Below are positions 51,775-60,941 of a DNA stretch of 64,000 bases, in pieces. The number at the start of each line of letters is the position of its first letter. The stretch's first letter is position 1. The stretch spans positions 58,095 to 122,094 of the IMG/VR virus record IMGVR_UViG_3300023174_000077, one strand, 5' to 3'. The DNA comes from a virus. Made by a program: the position numbers and the translations under genes. Below the pieces are notes generated by a model. That model was not told where the DNA came from and did not search any database. It saw nothing but the letters and a program-made list of their open reading frames with translations.

Positions 51775-52260
51775 ATGGATATAAAAAATAAATTTTCTTT
51801 TATGAAAAAGAAAAGAGTAATAACAAAAGTAAAAGAAATTTCTGATGTTATTTATAGTTCAAGTAGAATAAGAATCAGTAAAGAATTAAATGGCGAATTA
51901 TTTTTTGAAATTGAAAATGAAGTAACGGCAGATTTATCAGAAGCAATAGCAATAGCAATACAAAAAGACATAAAAGATGAAACATTTTGGGAAACTTCAT
52001 TTAATATAGATATAAATAATATATCTCCAGATAAAGCACTTTATTGGCTTTCTGGTGGTGATGCAGAATGGTTATCAAAAAATCATTATAATATAAATTG
52101 GTCTGAAGTTTATTTAACTTATCAAGAAGAATTTGGCTTAACTATTATAGATATAATCTTAAAAGCCAAAAATTTTGAAGATATAAGAAAAAAATTCATA
52201 CAAAAGTTAAATCTTCCAATTTTATATGAATTTGCACTAGAAAAAAATATTATAAAATAA
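51775..52260 (+). CDS. Hypothetical protein
   Basis: Start taken at the first ATG after the upstream stop (the track start 51649 overlaps the upstream gene). Confidence 0.5.
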   Translation: MDIKNKFSFMKKKRVITKVKEISDVIYSSSRIRISKELNGELFFEIENEVTADLSEAIAIAIQKDIKDETFWETSFNIDINNISPDKALYWLSGGDAEWLSKNHYNINWSEVYLTYQEEFGLTIIDIILKAKNFEDIRKKFIQKLNLPILYEFALEKNIIK

Positions 52261-52298
52261 TTAAAAAGGAGACAAAAAACACTTGTCTCCTTTTTTAA
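52261..52298 (+). terminator. Intrinsic terminator
   Basis: AAAAAGGAGACAA-AAAACAC-TTGTCTCCTTTTTT. Confidence 0.75.
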
Positions 52299-52308
52299 TA
52301 TATACACT

Positions 52309-52518
52309 ATGGAAAATAAATCAATATGCAGCAACCCATGGTGTAAAGCAACATACACATATGAAGGCGATACTTCACCAGGACAATGTCCTAAATGCAT
52401 TAGTTTTGATAAAGATTTATCTGGTGGAGTTAGTTGGACAACAAAACATTATACAGAACCAAGAAATGATGGTAGGGCACATGAAATTTCTATAAATATT
52501 AAAAATTATTTTAAATAA
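52309..52518 (+). CDS. Small Zn-ribbon protein
   Basis: CSNPWC...CPKC. Confidence 0.6.
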   Translation: MENKSICSNPWCKATYTYEGDTSPGQCPKCISFDKDLSGGVSWTTKHYTEPRNDGRAHEISINIKNYFK

Positions 52519-53360
52519 TGGTAGGACATATTTTTGATATTGACACATTAATAAGTGTAAATTCACAACCTTGGATTGTTGATAAAAATAATCCAAATCA
52601 ACCATTAATGAAAATATCTAAAACTGATTATAATTTATTCAAAAATGGTGTTTATAAGAAACAAGGAAATAAAATTGAATATAATGGCAAAGTTTATTGG
52701 CTTCCAAATGAATTATTTGAAAAATTAAAAGTTATTGCCAAAAATAAAAAAATTGGTATGTTAGATTTCGCAATTTCATTAAAAGAATTCTTAAATGAAG
52801 ATATAATTGACGAATTAGATTTTACTATTAATTGGGAAAATATTTCTGGTTTAAAAAATAAAAATGAAGATATTTATATTTTATGTTCTAATAATACTGA
52901 AAAATATTATTCTAAAGTTTTGGAAAAATTAATGGAAAAATTAAAATGGGAAGGAATTGATATAAAGAAATTTTATTTTATTAATGAAACATTTTATAAT
53001 GTTAATTCTGATGAAATAATTTTTAAAAAGGCTTTAATTAATTTACAACATTTAACAGGTTATGAAATTCAAAACCAAAAATTCATAGATAAAGAGGTTA
53101 CTAAATATTCAAAATTGAATTTTTATGATAATGACTTTGATACTATTAAAATGACTAGTGAAATGAATTCTTATTTTAGATTTATTCTATCAAAATCAGA
53201 TATAGGATTAAAACAAGTAATTAAAGAAGGTTTAGATTATGATAAACCAGAATTTATTGTAAATAAAATTACTGGAAATAAATATAATAATATTATTACT
53301 AAATCAGTTAAAATAGATAATTCTTATTTAATGAAGTTTGAAAACTTTAAATGGAAATAA
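52518..53360 (+). CDS. HAD-like hypothetical protein
   Basis: IFDIDTL, ILCS, FYDND; ends YLMKFENF. Confidence 0.5.
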   Translation: MVGHIFDIDTLISVNSQPWIVDKNNPNQPLMKISKTDYNLFKNGVYKKQGNKIEYNGKVYWLPNELFEKLKVIAKNKKIGMLDFAISLKEFLNEDIIDELDFTINWENISGLKNKNEDIYILCSNNTEKYYSKVLEKLMEKLKWEGIDIKKFYFINETFYNVNSDEIIFKKALINLQHLTGYEIQNQKFIDKEVTKYSKLNFYDNDFDTIKMTSEMNSYFRFILSKSDIGLKQVIKEGLDYDKPEFIVNKITGNKYNNIITKSVKIDNSYLMKFENFKWK

Positions 53361-53388
53361 AAAACCGCTTTTAAGCGGTTTTTTATTT
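53356..53388. terminator. Bidirectional intrinsic terminator
   Basis: AATAAAAAACCGCTT-TT-AAGCGGTTTTTTATT. Confidence 0.8.
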
Positions 53389-53797
53389 ATTTCTTCTTTC
53401 TTGCTTTAGCTTTTTTTGCTTGAGCCCATAATTTAGCATCAGCTTTTCTTGCTCCACCAGCACCAGTTATAAAAGAATTTACACGACCCATTCCCCACTG
53501 ATGTTGAGCCACACCTGGTCTATGTCCTGCATTCCATGCTTGCATTCCTTTTGAAAAAACTTTTCTTAAAATACCCATAGGTATTCCAGATGCTTTTGCT
53601 TTTTTTCTTAACGCTTCTGTTACGCCTGATTTTTTTGCTTCATCAATTTTAACTTCATCATCGTATAAATCATCTGATTCGGAAATGTCATCAGACAATA
53701 ATTCATTTATACCATCATCTGTTAAATCAAAATCTTCTTCTGTTAAATATTGAGAGAAGTCTTCATGTAATTCATTGAAATTGAGTAAATGTTTCAT
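53387..53797 (-). CDS. DUF5824-like basic protein with an acidic N-terminal leader
   Basis: ALRKKAKASGIPMGILRKVFSKGMQAW...HRPG...QWGMGRVNSFI...KAD..LW; likely start MKHLLNFNE at 53797. Confidence 0.6.
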   Translation of the reverse strand: MKHLLNFNELHEDFSQYLTEEDFDLTDDGINELLSDDISESDDLYDDEVKIDEAKKSGVTEALRKKAKASGIPMGILRKVFSKGMQAWNAGHRPGVAQHQWGMGRVNSFITGAGGARKADAKLWAQAKKAKARKKK

Positions 53798-53807
53798 ATT
53801 TGTATTT

Positions 53808-54071
53808 TTATTTATCTCCAAACATTTTTTGATATGCTTTAGTTGCTGCAGATTTTTTAGTTTTTACTCTTTTACCTTTACCACCTTTGCCAGAAGTATA
53901 ATCAGCATCCCAGTCTTTTTTATATTCTTTTTTACCACGAAATCTGTCTATTTCTTTTTTCATGGCACCAGGATTTTTAGTTAAATATTTTCCAGGCACA
54001 TAATGTCCTTTATAATATGAGCCTTTCTTTTTTTCAACTAAAAATTCTTCAAAAGTAAAAATATTTTCCAT
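53808..54071 (-). CDS. Small basic protein (MENIFTFEEFL start; KTKKSAATKAYQKMFG)
   Basis: Resembles the KTK.S..T......FG segment that accompanies DUF5824-type proteins. Confidence 0.5.
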   Translation of the reverse strand: MENIFTFEEFLVEKKKGSYYKGHYVPGKYLTKNPGAMKKEIDRFRGKKEYKKDWDADYTSGKGGKGKRVKTKKSAATKAYQKMFGDK

Positions 54072-54084
54072 TATCTATATATTA

Positions 54085-54693
54085 TTATTTATTTTTTAAA
54101 TATGTTGAAATCATCTCATTCATCCTTCTGGAATCCATCACCATATTATCATTAGTTTCTGTATTTTCAAATTCTTCTTCTTGAACTTGATTTTGCATAT
54201 CATTCAACCCTAAATCTTTTCTTATTTCTTTATAAAATTTTTCCAAATCAGATTTAACACTTGTATTGAATTTAATATTCTCTCTCATTTGACCCATTGT
54301 TTGATTTACAACTTCATGCATTCTTGCATTATTTTCACCATTATCAACTTGTCTTAACTGAGAAATAAAATGCTTTCTTGTCATACCAATTAAAAATAAA
54401 GTTTCCGCATAGTTTTGTGCATCTTCAAAAACTTTATTTTGTATATACTGATGTTCTTTAACTTTAGGAGCATCACCTAAATATAAATCTAAAAGAGAAT
54501 TTAAAACATTATCAGCTCTTTTTTTCGCCTCAACTATATCAGCTTCATAATTATATATTTGAATTTCTCCCAATTCAGGCAAATCATCTAATTTAGCTAG
54601 ATACATATTTACATCCAAATCTTTATTTTCTTCTTGAATTTTATTAAATTCTTCTTGAAGATTATTTATTTTATCATTTTTCTTTTCCGCCAT
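54085..54693 (-). CDS. Terminase small subunit, T4 gp16-like
   Basis: NARMHEVVNQTMGQM resembles gp16 SPRHMEVFATLMGQM; adjacent (divergent) to the large subunit. Confidence 0.6.
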   Translation of the reverse strand: MAEKKNDKINNLQEEFNKIQEENKDLDVNMYLAKLDDLPELGEIQIYNYEADIVEAKKRADNVLNSLLDLYLGDAPKVKEHQYIQNKVFEDAQNYAETLFLIGMTRKHFISQLRQVDNGENNARMHEVVNQTMGQMRENIKFNTSVKSDLEKFYKEIRKDLGLNDMQNQVQEEEFENTETNDNMVMDSRRMNEMISTYLKNK

Positions 54694-54736
54694 AGGAATT
54701 CAATTTTTTACTATATATTAAAAAATATAATTTCGT

Positions 54737-56908
54737 ATGGCAACAACGAAAAAGCAACAACAAGAAGAAAATAAAAAATTTATATTCACTTCAAAAAATG
54801 TATCTGAAATAACCGAACAAATGAGTGACGGTATTATAATAAAAAGATATATGAACCCTTGGTTCAAAGGCGAAGTTGGTGTTAGAAGATCAGGTATATC
54901 ATTTGGTATAACACCTGAAGAATTTCAAGAATATATTAGATGTATGGATGATATACATCATTTTGCAGAAAAATACTGCCAAATTAAAAGAGAAGATGGA
55001 TCAATTGGTCCAATTAGATTAAGAGATTACCAAAAAGATATATTAGATTTATACAAAAATCCACGTGTAATACTTTGTGCTTCAAGACAATCAGGTAAAA
55101 CAATAAATGCAGCTATTTCAATATTACATTTTATAACATTTAATAATGATAAAAATGTAATGATTGTGGCAAATCTTCGTGATACAACTATAGAAATAGT
55201 AGATAAAATTAAATCAATTTATGTAAATTTACCATTTTTCTTAAAAGTTGGTATAAAGAACTGGAACCAAAAATCTATGGTGTGCGAAAATGGTTGTAAA
55301 ATTAGAACAGCAGCAAGAAGTAAAACACCTGCTATTGGTTTTACTATTGATTTACTTTATTTAGATGAATTTGCACATATTCCATCTAATATAATTGAAC
55401 CATATTATACAGCAGTTTATCCAATTGTTTCCGCTGTTAATAATTCAAAAATAATTATAACATCCACACCAAAAGGAATGAATTTATTTTATAAATTATT
55501 ATCAGATTCAGAAAGAGATGAATTGGATCCATTAAAAACTAATTTTAAATCTAAAAGAATATATTGGTATGAAGTAGAAGGAAGATTTGTAACATATTTT
55601 CGTTTATTTGAAAATAAACTATTTGAACATGGTTTAACAAAAGAAGAAGTTTTTGAACAAGTAAAAGCTGAATTTCCTCAAACCAAAGTCGAGATGAAAT
55701 GGATTGCTGATTTGGAAAAACATGTAATTCACATATATAATAAGCATGAGGGTGTAATTACAGCTGCTGAAGATGTTAAAAGATTTATGGTAGAAAAAGA
55801 TGATAAACAAATTTTTATACAACAAATAGCTTATGTAACAACTTGGCAAGAAGAAACTACTAAAGAAATTGGTGGCGAAGATGCATTTAACCAAGAATAT
55901 GGTTTAAGATTTGTAGATGGCTCTCGTTCGCTTTTAAGTGAAGCATTGATTGATGATTTATTAAAAAATAAAAAATCTTATATTCACTATCCATCTTATG
56001 AATTTGATAGAAGATTAAAGTTTAACTATGAAGATTTGAAATTTATTGATGATACTTCTATATTTTCCCCGTTAGATAGAAAAAAATTAAAAATTATTGT
56101 ATCGGTTGATATATCTGAAGGTTTGGGTCAAGATTATTCGGTTATAAATATGTTTAGAATAACACCAAAACCTATGGAAGTTATTGAAATGCATAAACAA
56201 GAATATAAATATCTTTCTGATTTTTTCATGTTACAGCAATTTGGTATATATAGGTCTAATCTAGTTTCAGTTAGACAATTAGCTGAAATATTTTATGTTT
56301 TAACTCATGAATATTTTGATCCAGAAAATGTAAAAGCGGTTGTTGAATACAATACTTATGGTGGGCAATTTTTAGCAGAAATGCCACATCTTTTTGATGG
56401 TAATAATAATTATGGTTCTGGTATATTTTTCCGTTATAAGCATCGTATAGATTCAGAAGAAGAAAAAATAGGTTTGCGAGTAACAACTAATAAAGAATTT
56501 TTAGTTAAAGACTACCAAGAACATATGAATAAAAGAAATTTTGAGATAAATAATACAAATACTGTAAACGAAATAACTACTTTTATCAAACATGTTTTAC
56601 CTTCCGGTAATATAAGATACGCCGCTGATACAGGAAATGACGATACGGTTATGACGATTGTAAATGCTGCAAGTGTATTTTCTAAATTTATTTTTAGAGA
56701 AATGGTGGAATCTGCAGCTTATGAATTAGTAGACGCAAATACTATTAAATGGTTTAATGATATGCTGAAAAATCAAGAATATCCAGATTATGACAAGGCT
56801 GATTATTCAGCATTAACAAATGTGACTAAACAAAGAAGATTTATGAATCAATACTCAAATAATAATAAAAATCCATTTAATAATGGAAATTCAAAAAATT
56901 GGTTTTAA
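54737..56908 (+). CDS. Terminase large subunit, T4 gp17-like
   Basis: LRDYQ, ASRQSGKT (Walker A), LYLDEFAH (Walker B), ITSTPKG, FNQEY, VDISEGLGQDYS, VEYN, GNDDTVM. Confidence 0.95.
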   Translation: MATTKKQQQEENKKFIFTSKNVSEITEQMSDGIIIKRYMNPWFKGEVGVRRSGISFGITPEEFQEYIRCMDDIHHFAEKYCQIKREDGSIGPIRLRDYQKDILDLYKNPRVILCASRQSGKTINAAISILHFITFNNDKNVMIVANLRDTTIEIVDKIKSIYVNLPFFLKVGIKNWNQKSMVCENGCKIRTAARSKTPAIGFTIDLLYLDEFAHIPSNIIEPYYTAVYPIVSAVNNSKIIITSTPKGMNLFYKLLSDSERDELDPLKTNFKSKRIYWYEVEGRFVTYFRLFENKLFEHGLTKEEVFEQVKAEFPQTKVEMKWIADLEKHVIHIYNKHEGVITAAEDVKRFMVEKDDKQIFIQQIAYVTTWQEETTKEIGGEDAFNQEYGLRFVDGSRSLLSEALIDDLLKNKKSYIHYPSYEFDRRLKFNYEDLKFIDDTSIFSPLDRKKLKIIVSVDISEGLGQDYSVINMFRITPKPMEVIEMHKQEYKYLSDFFMLQQFGIYRSNLVSVRQLAEIFYVLTHEYFDPENVKAVVEYNTYGGQFLAEMPHLFDGNNNYGSGIFFRYKHRIDSEEEKIGLRVTTNKEFLVKDYQEHMNKRNFEINNTNTVNEITTFIKHVLPSGNIRYAADTGNDDTVMTIVNAASVFSKFIFREMVESAAYELVDANTIKWFNDMLKNQEYPDYDKADYSALTNVTKQRRFMNQYSNNNKNPFNNGNSKNWF

Positions 56909-57183
56909 AATTCTTCTAATGTAGTAGTTAAACCACAAGCAGATAATTTATTATTTAAAATTTGCATTTCAGATTGAGAACCTCTTTTTACATCACATTT
57001 ACCTTTAAAATGTATTAAGAAAGTGCATTGTTCCGCTTGTTGTTGTTCATGTCCAGCATATTTCATTAAACAATTAATTACATAATCGAATGTGTTTATG
57101 TCGTCATTCCAAACTATAACGGCATAAACTCCTTCAATAACTTCATCCAATTTGGATTGGTCTAATTCTTTAGTTTGAGGCAT
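56905..57183 (-). CDS. clpS: ATP-dependent Clp protease adaptor ClpS
   Basis: VIVWNDDINTFDYVINCL...QAEQCTFLIHFKGKCDVKRG. Confidence 0.88.
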   Translation of the reverse strand: MPQTKELDQSKLDEVIEGVYAVIVWNDDINTFDYVINCLMKYAGHEQQQAEQCTFLIHFKGKCDVKRGSQSEMQILNNKLSACGLTTTLEEF

Positions 57184-57583
57184 CTTTTAATTTTTTAATT
57201 TCTTGATTTAATATTTTTGCAAGTTCATAATTTTCTTCAGAAATAGCTTTTTCAAGTTCTTTTTCTAAATCTTGTTTACTTTTTGGTTTAGGTTCATCTT
57301 TTGTAACTATATTCAATAAGATATAATCTTTAAAAATCTCCGAATTATACGATTTAACAAAACTTATATCATTACCGTTAATTTTATAAAAAAACCAAAC
57401 TTTTTTAGACACAGGATCGTTATTATAAATAATAATATTCACAACTTGATTGTCATATAGTTGTCCATCAATCTTGGCGTGATAACCGCAAGGGAGATAA
57501 ATATTAACTTTATCTCCCTTACGGAGTTGTTTTAATAATTTAACTTTTTTTGATTCAAATAAAGATATAAACCATTTAAACAT
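57170..57583 (-). CDS. Protein with a C-terminal UVR (UvrB/UvrC) motif
   Basis: LEKELEKAISEENYELAKILNQEIKKL. Confidence 0.7.
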   Translation of the reverse strand: MFKWFISLFESKKVKLLKQLRKGDKVNIYLPCGYHAKIDGQLYDNQVVNIIIYNNDPVSKKVWFFYKINGNDISFVKSYNSEIFKDYILLNIVTKDEPKPKSKQDLEKELEKAISEENYELAKILNQEIKKLKDASN

Positions 57584-57584
57584 A

Positions 57585-58100
57585 TTAATACATTTGAATT
57601 TTATTAACTACATCTATAATAGTAATTTTTGTAGAAAAAACTTTTTCAGTTTCCGCAGCCCATTCTACAAATTTAACCAAATGTTCGTATCTATCATCAT
57701 AAATAATTAAATCTGTAGCTTTTTGATTTTTACGAAGTATTTGTTCAAACAATCTTGTTTTGAATTTAAAAGTTTCACCACCCCAATTGCAAAATACATC
57801 ATGAAATCTAAAATCATGAAAATCCAATATTGCTTGGACTTCTTGTTTAAGTTTATCCAAGCGTCCAGTGGCGATGAAGACATAATTATCTTCTTCAGAA
57901 ATTGCTTCAATATATTTATTATATGTCCACATATTCATAGCTGGATAAAAAACACTCATATCAAGTGATTCTTTTTTTGACCACCAACCTGTAGGATGTG
58001 GAAAAATTTCACCTTTTTCACGCAACCAAATTTTTCTACCTTCTTCAGGTTCCATAGTATGTATAAGGGTTTTGTCGAAGTCAAAACAAACTAATTTCAT
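57585..58100 (-). CDS. HAD-superfamily phosphatase (Swiss-Army-knife RNA-repair-like HAD)
   Basis: FDFDKTL, GWWSK.ESL, ATGR, TFKFK, IYDDRYEH. Confidence 0.7.
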   Translation of the reverse strand: MKLVCFDFDKTLIHTMEPEEGRKIWLREKGEIFPHPTGWWSKKESLDMSVFYPAMNMWTYNKYIEAISEEDNYVFIATGRLDKLKQEVQAILDFHDFRFHDVFCNWGGETFKFKTRLFEQILRKNQKATDLIIYDDRYEHLVKFVEWAAETEKVFSTKITIIDVVNKIQMY

Positions 58101-58127
58101 GAGTAAAAATTTTTTTTATATATAATG

Positions 58128-58158
58128 CAAAGATACAAAAAAAAATTAAAAAAACAAA
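58128..58158 (-). promoter_or_regulatory. Bacteroidota-type promoter driving the HAD-UVR-ClpS operon
   Basis: Minus strand TTTG (58158-58155), 19-nt spacer, TATCTTTG (58135-58128). Confidence 0.6.
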
Positions 58159-58163
58159 AAATT

Positions 58164-58562
58164 ATGAACAAAATTTTTATTATTGGTTTAATTATTTTAT
58201 CTGTTGGAATATTTATTTTTGGAATAAAAGAATATACAGATTTTAATAAAGAAAAAAAAGAATTAAATAATAGAATTGACTCTCTTAAAAAAGTTGATGA
58301 TAGTTTAATTAATGTTGGTATAGAAAAACAAAAAGAATATGATAAACTTGAACAATCGTTTCAAGCTGATTCATTAGTTTTAGTTGAACTAAAAGATAAA
58401 TATTCGGATGCTAAAGTGGTAGCTCAACAAAACGAAAAACAAGCAGAATATTACAAAGGAAGATATTCTAATGTGAAAAATAAAATAAATTATTTTGAAA
58501 CACATACAATAAATATAACAAGTGATAGTTTATTAATTTCACTTTCTAAAAAAATAAATTAA
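58164..58562 (+). CDS. N-terminal TM plus coiled coil (spanin-like)
   Basis: MNKIFIIGLIILSVGIFIFGI followed by a coiled coil; start taken at ATG 58164. Confidence 0.5.
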   Translation: MNKIFIIGLIILSVGIFIFGIKEYTDFNKEKKELNNRIDSLKKVDDSLINVGIEKQKEYDKLEQSFQADSLVLVELKDKYSDAKVVAQQNEKQAEYYKGRYSNVKNKINYFETHTINITSDSLLISLSKKIN

Positions 58563-58564
58563 CG

Positions 58565-59116
58565 ATGAAAAAATTATTATTAATACTAACTTTAATTTTA
58601 ACAACAATTTCTGCTTTCTCACAGTATAAAAATTATAGTATTGTTGCTATTAATGAAAGCACATTAATTCCAAGATATTTACTTGCTGAAAATGAAACTA
58701 CTGGAACAAAAGATACAATTGGAATTGTAATAACAATCAAACAAGCTATGAAAATTAATACAGATTTAGAAATTTTGCAGCTTTATAGGGGATTACATGC
58801 AGAATGTGATTCAACGGTTAATTTTTTAGTGCAAGTTGTAGATGACTATAAAAAAGCAAATGTTTTAGCTGAAGAACAAATTAAGATGTCGGATTCATTA
58901 TTAAAAACTAGAAGCTCACAGATTGATAATTTGAAACAACAAATAGTAATATGCAATCAAAGAATATCAACAAAGGATAGTATAATTACATTAAAAGATT
59001 CTTTATTAGAACTGAATAAAAAGGAATTAAAACATAGATTAAAGAATAAAAATATATGGATAGGTGGTTTAGCAGCTCTTTCGACTTTTCTATTTTTATT
59101 AAATATGGGACATTAA
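58565..59116 (+). CDS. Signal-peptide protein with coiled coil and C-terminal TM (spanin-like partner)
   Basis: MKKLLLILTLILTTISAFSQ signal (Bacteroidota-like A-x-S/Q cleavage); hydrophobic C-terminus. Confidence 0.5.
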   Translation: MKKLLLILTLILTTISAFSQYKNYSIVAINESTLIPRYLLAENETTGTKDTIGIVITIKQAMKINTDLEILQLYRGLHAECDSTVNFLVQVVDDYKKANVLAEEQIKMSDSLLKTRSSQIDNLKQQIVICNQRISTKDSIITLKDSLLELNKKELKHRLKNKNIWIGGLAALSTFLFLLNMGH

Positions 59117-59167
59117 TAAAAAGCGGTTTTAAAATATAATATATAATATACAAAATTAGATTTTTAA

Positions 59168-59644
59168 ATGAAACATATTAGAAAATTTGAAGGTTTTAGA
59201 ACTAAACCAGAGGAAAAAGTAAACGAAACCGTATTTCAGGTTGAAAACACATATAGAGTAAACATCATTGCTGATGTTGAGGCAAAATTACTTTCAGCTT
59301 ATGCTAAAAAAGTTAAGCAAAATATGAATAAAGATATTGCTGATTTAATGGGTAATGCAATGTTAGCTGAAGAAATTGTTAAATGGGTTCTTATAAATGG
59401 ATTAGATGTTGAAAAAATACCAGCATCAGCTATTATCGGTGGTGCTCAAGGACAAGCACAAGCGCAAGGTCAGGCACAAGTTCAAATTCAAGACGAAGGA
59501 CAACCACAGGCGCAAGCACAAGTTCAAGTACAATCTCAGCCACAAGTACAACCACAGGGACAAGAAATGGAAGAAGTTCAGGGACAAACTCAGCCACAAG
59601 CGCAAACACAAGCACAAGGTGGTAATGAAGAATTACCAGTTTAA
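59168..59644 (+). CDS. Hypothetical protein with MKHIRKFEGF start and a Q-rich repeat tail
   Basis: QAQAQGQAQVQ...QPQAQAQVQ repeats. Confidence 0.6.
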   Translation: MKHIRKFEGFRTKPEEKVNETVFQVENTYRVNIIADVEAKLLSAYAKKVKQNMNKDIADLMGNAMLAEEIVKWVLINGLDVEKIPASAIIGGAQGQAQAQGQAQVQIQDEGQPQAQAQVQVQSQPQVQPQGQEMEEVQGQTQPQAQTQAQGGNEELPV

Positions 59645-59656
59645 TATATTAAATAA

Positions 59657-59691
59657 TTAAAAAAACCTCTCAAATTGAGAGGTTTTTTTAA
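59657..59691. terminator. Bidirectional intrinsic terminator
   Basis: AAAAAAACCTCTCAA-A-TTGAGAGGTTTTTTT; nearly identical to the 38706 hairpin. Confidence 0.8.
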
Positions 59692-60825
59692 TTATTTAAA
59701 TTCTTGTAATTTACCATGTAATATTAATTTTTCCATTTCATTTGTCCCACATATTGTTAAAACCATTCTTTCAATTATTTCATACGGATCACCATTAGAC
59801 GCAGGTCTTCTATCTTCTAAATATCCAGGTGTTGTAGAATCTTCAATTGAAGATGGTATGCGGATTGAAGCGGTTCTATCACCAATTCCATATCTATATT
59901 CTTTTATAGAACAAGTTTCATTTGCGCCAGTTAAACGATTTTCATTATTTGGGCCATAAACGGCTATATGTTCATTTATATATTTTCCTAATTTTTCACA
60001 TGCTTCAATAACTAATTTCTTTTTATTAATTAAATCAGTTCTCATAGTTTTAGTTGAAAAATTAACATGCATGCCAGAGCCATTCCATTCATTTCCAATA
60101 TAAGGTTTTGGATCTAAAACTATATGATAATTATATACTTCTGATAATCTTTCTAAGATATATCTTGAAACCCATAATTGATCAGAACCTTCTTTTGCAT
60201 ATACTGGTCCAATTTGGTATTCCCATTGTCCTAATGCTACTTCGGCATTTATACCAGATATTTTCAATTCGGCATATTCACATAATTCAGCATGTCTTTC
60301 AACAAATTCTCTACCCGCAACATTTTTTCCACCAACAGAACAATAATAAGGCCCTTGTGGAGCAGGAAATCCATTTTTTGGCCATCCAAGAGGTTTGTCA
60401 CCATAATAAATAAAATATTCTTGTTCTAAACCATACATAGTATCATCATCATATTTATCTAAAGTTTCAACCATTTTTGCTCTTTTATTTGACCAATGCG
60501 GTGTCATATCTGTATTATACACTTCTGCTACAACAATAAATCCTTTTTGTTTAAATGGGTCTTTAAATATATTAACAGGTTTTAATAACAATTCTGATTT
60601 TGAAGTTTCTGCTTGTCCTGTTGAAGAACCATCGAAATTCCACATCGGTAATGTGTCTATATTATTTTTCCAATTAAAAAATAATGTATTTAACGTGGTT
60701 ACATTTTCTTTATTAAAAGGATTTATATCTAATTCTCTTTCAATAATTTTTGTTTTTGAACGGATTTGTTGAGGATAAGAACCATCAAGCCAAATATACT
60801 CGAGGTGGATGTTTACTTTTGACAT
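59692..60825 (-). CDS. glnII: Glutamine synthetase type II (eukaryote-like GSII)
   Basis: LEYIWLDG, RSKTK, WNFDGSSTGQA, GLEQEY, PQGPYYC, GINAEV..GQWEYQIGP, WNGSGMHVNFST, RLTG..ET, DRTASIRIP, YLEDRRPASN.DPY. Confidence 0.93.
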   Translation of the reverse strand: MSKVNIHLEYIWLDGSYPQQIRSKTKIIERELDINPFNKENVTTLNTLFFNWKNNIDTLPMWNFDGSSTGQAETSKSELLLKPVNIFKDPFKQKGFIVVAEVYNTDMTPHWSNKRAKMVETLDKYDDDTMYGLEQEYFIYYGDKPLGWPKNGFPAPQGPYYCSVGGKNVAGREFVERHAELCEYAELKISGINAEVALGQWEYQIGPVYAKEGSDQLWVSRYILERLSEVYNYHIVLDPKPYIGNEWNGSGMHVNFSTKTMRTDLINKKKLVIEACEKLGKYINEHIAVYGPNNENRLTGANETCSIKEYRYGIGDRTASIRIPSSIEDSTTPGYLEDRRPASNGDPYEIIERMVLTICGTNEMEKLILHGKLQEFK

Positions 60826-60941
60826 AATGTAATTTTTTTATTTTTTATTTTTATATATCCAATATAAAAAATGTTGTTTTTCTATATTTGGATTTAAAAC
60901 TAATGTAGAAAAATTACATATAAGTAAAAACATAAGAAAAT

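Noticed and set aside
55586-55840. Intein in the terminase
   Set aside because: No N-terminal Cys/Ser block or C-terminal HN-C/S/T motif
38706-59691. Near-identical AAAAACCTCTCAAA(T)TGAGAGGTTTTT hairpins at 38706 and 59657 as a mobile repeat
   Set aside because: Both lie between convergent genes with A/T tails and are adequately explained as bidirectional terminators
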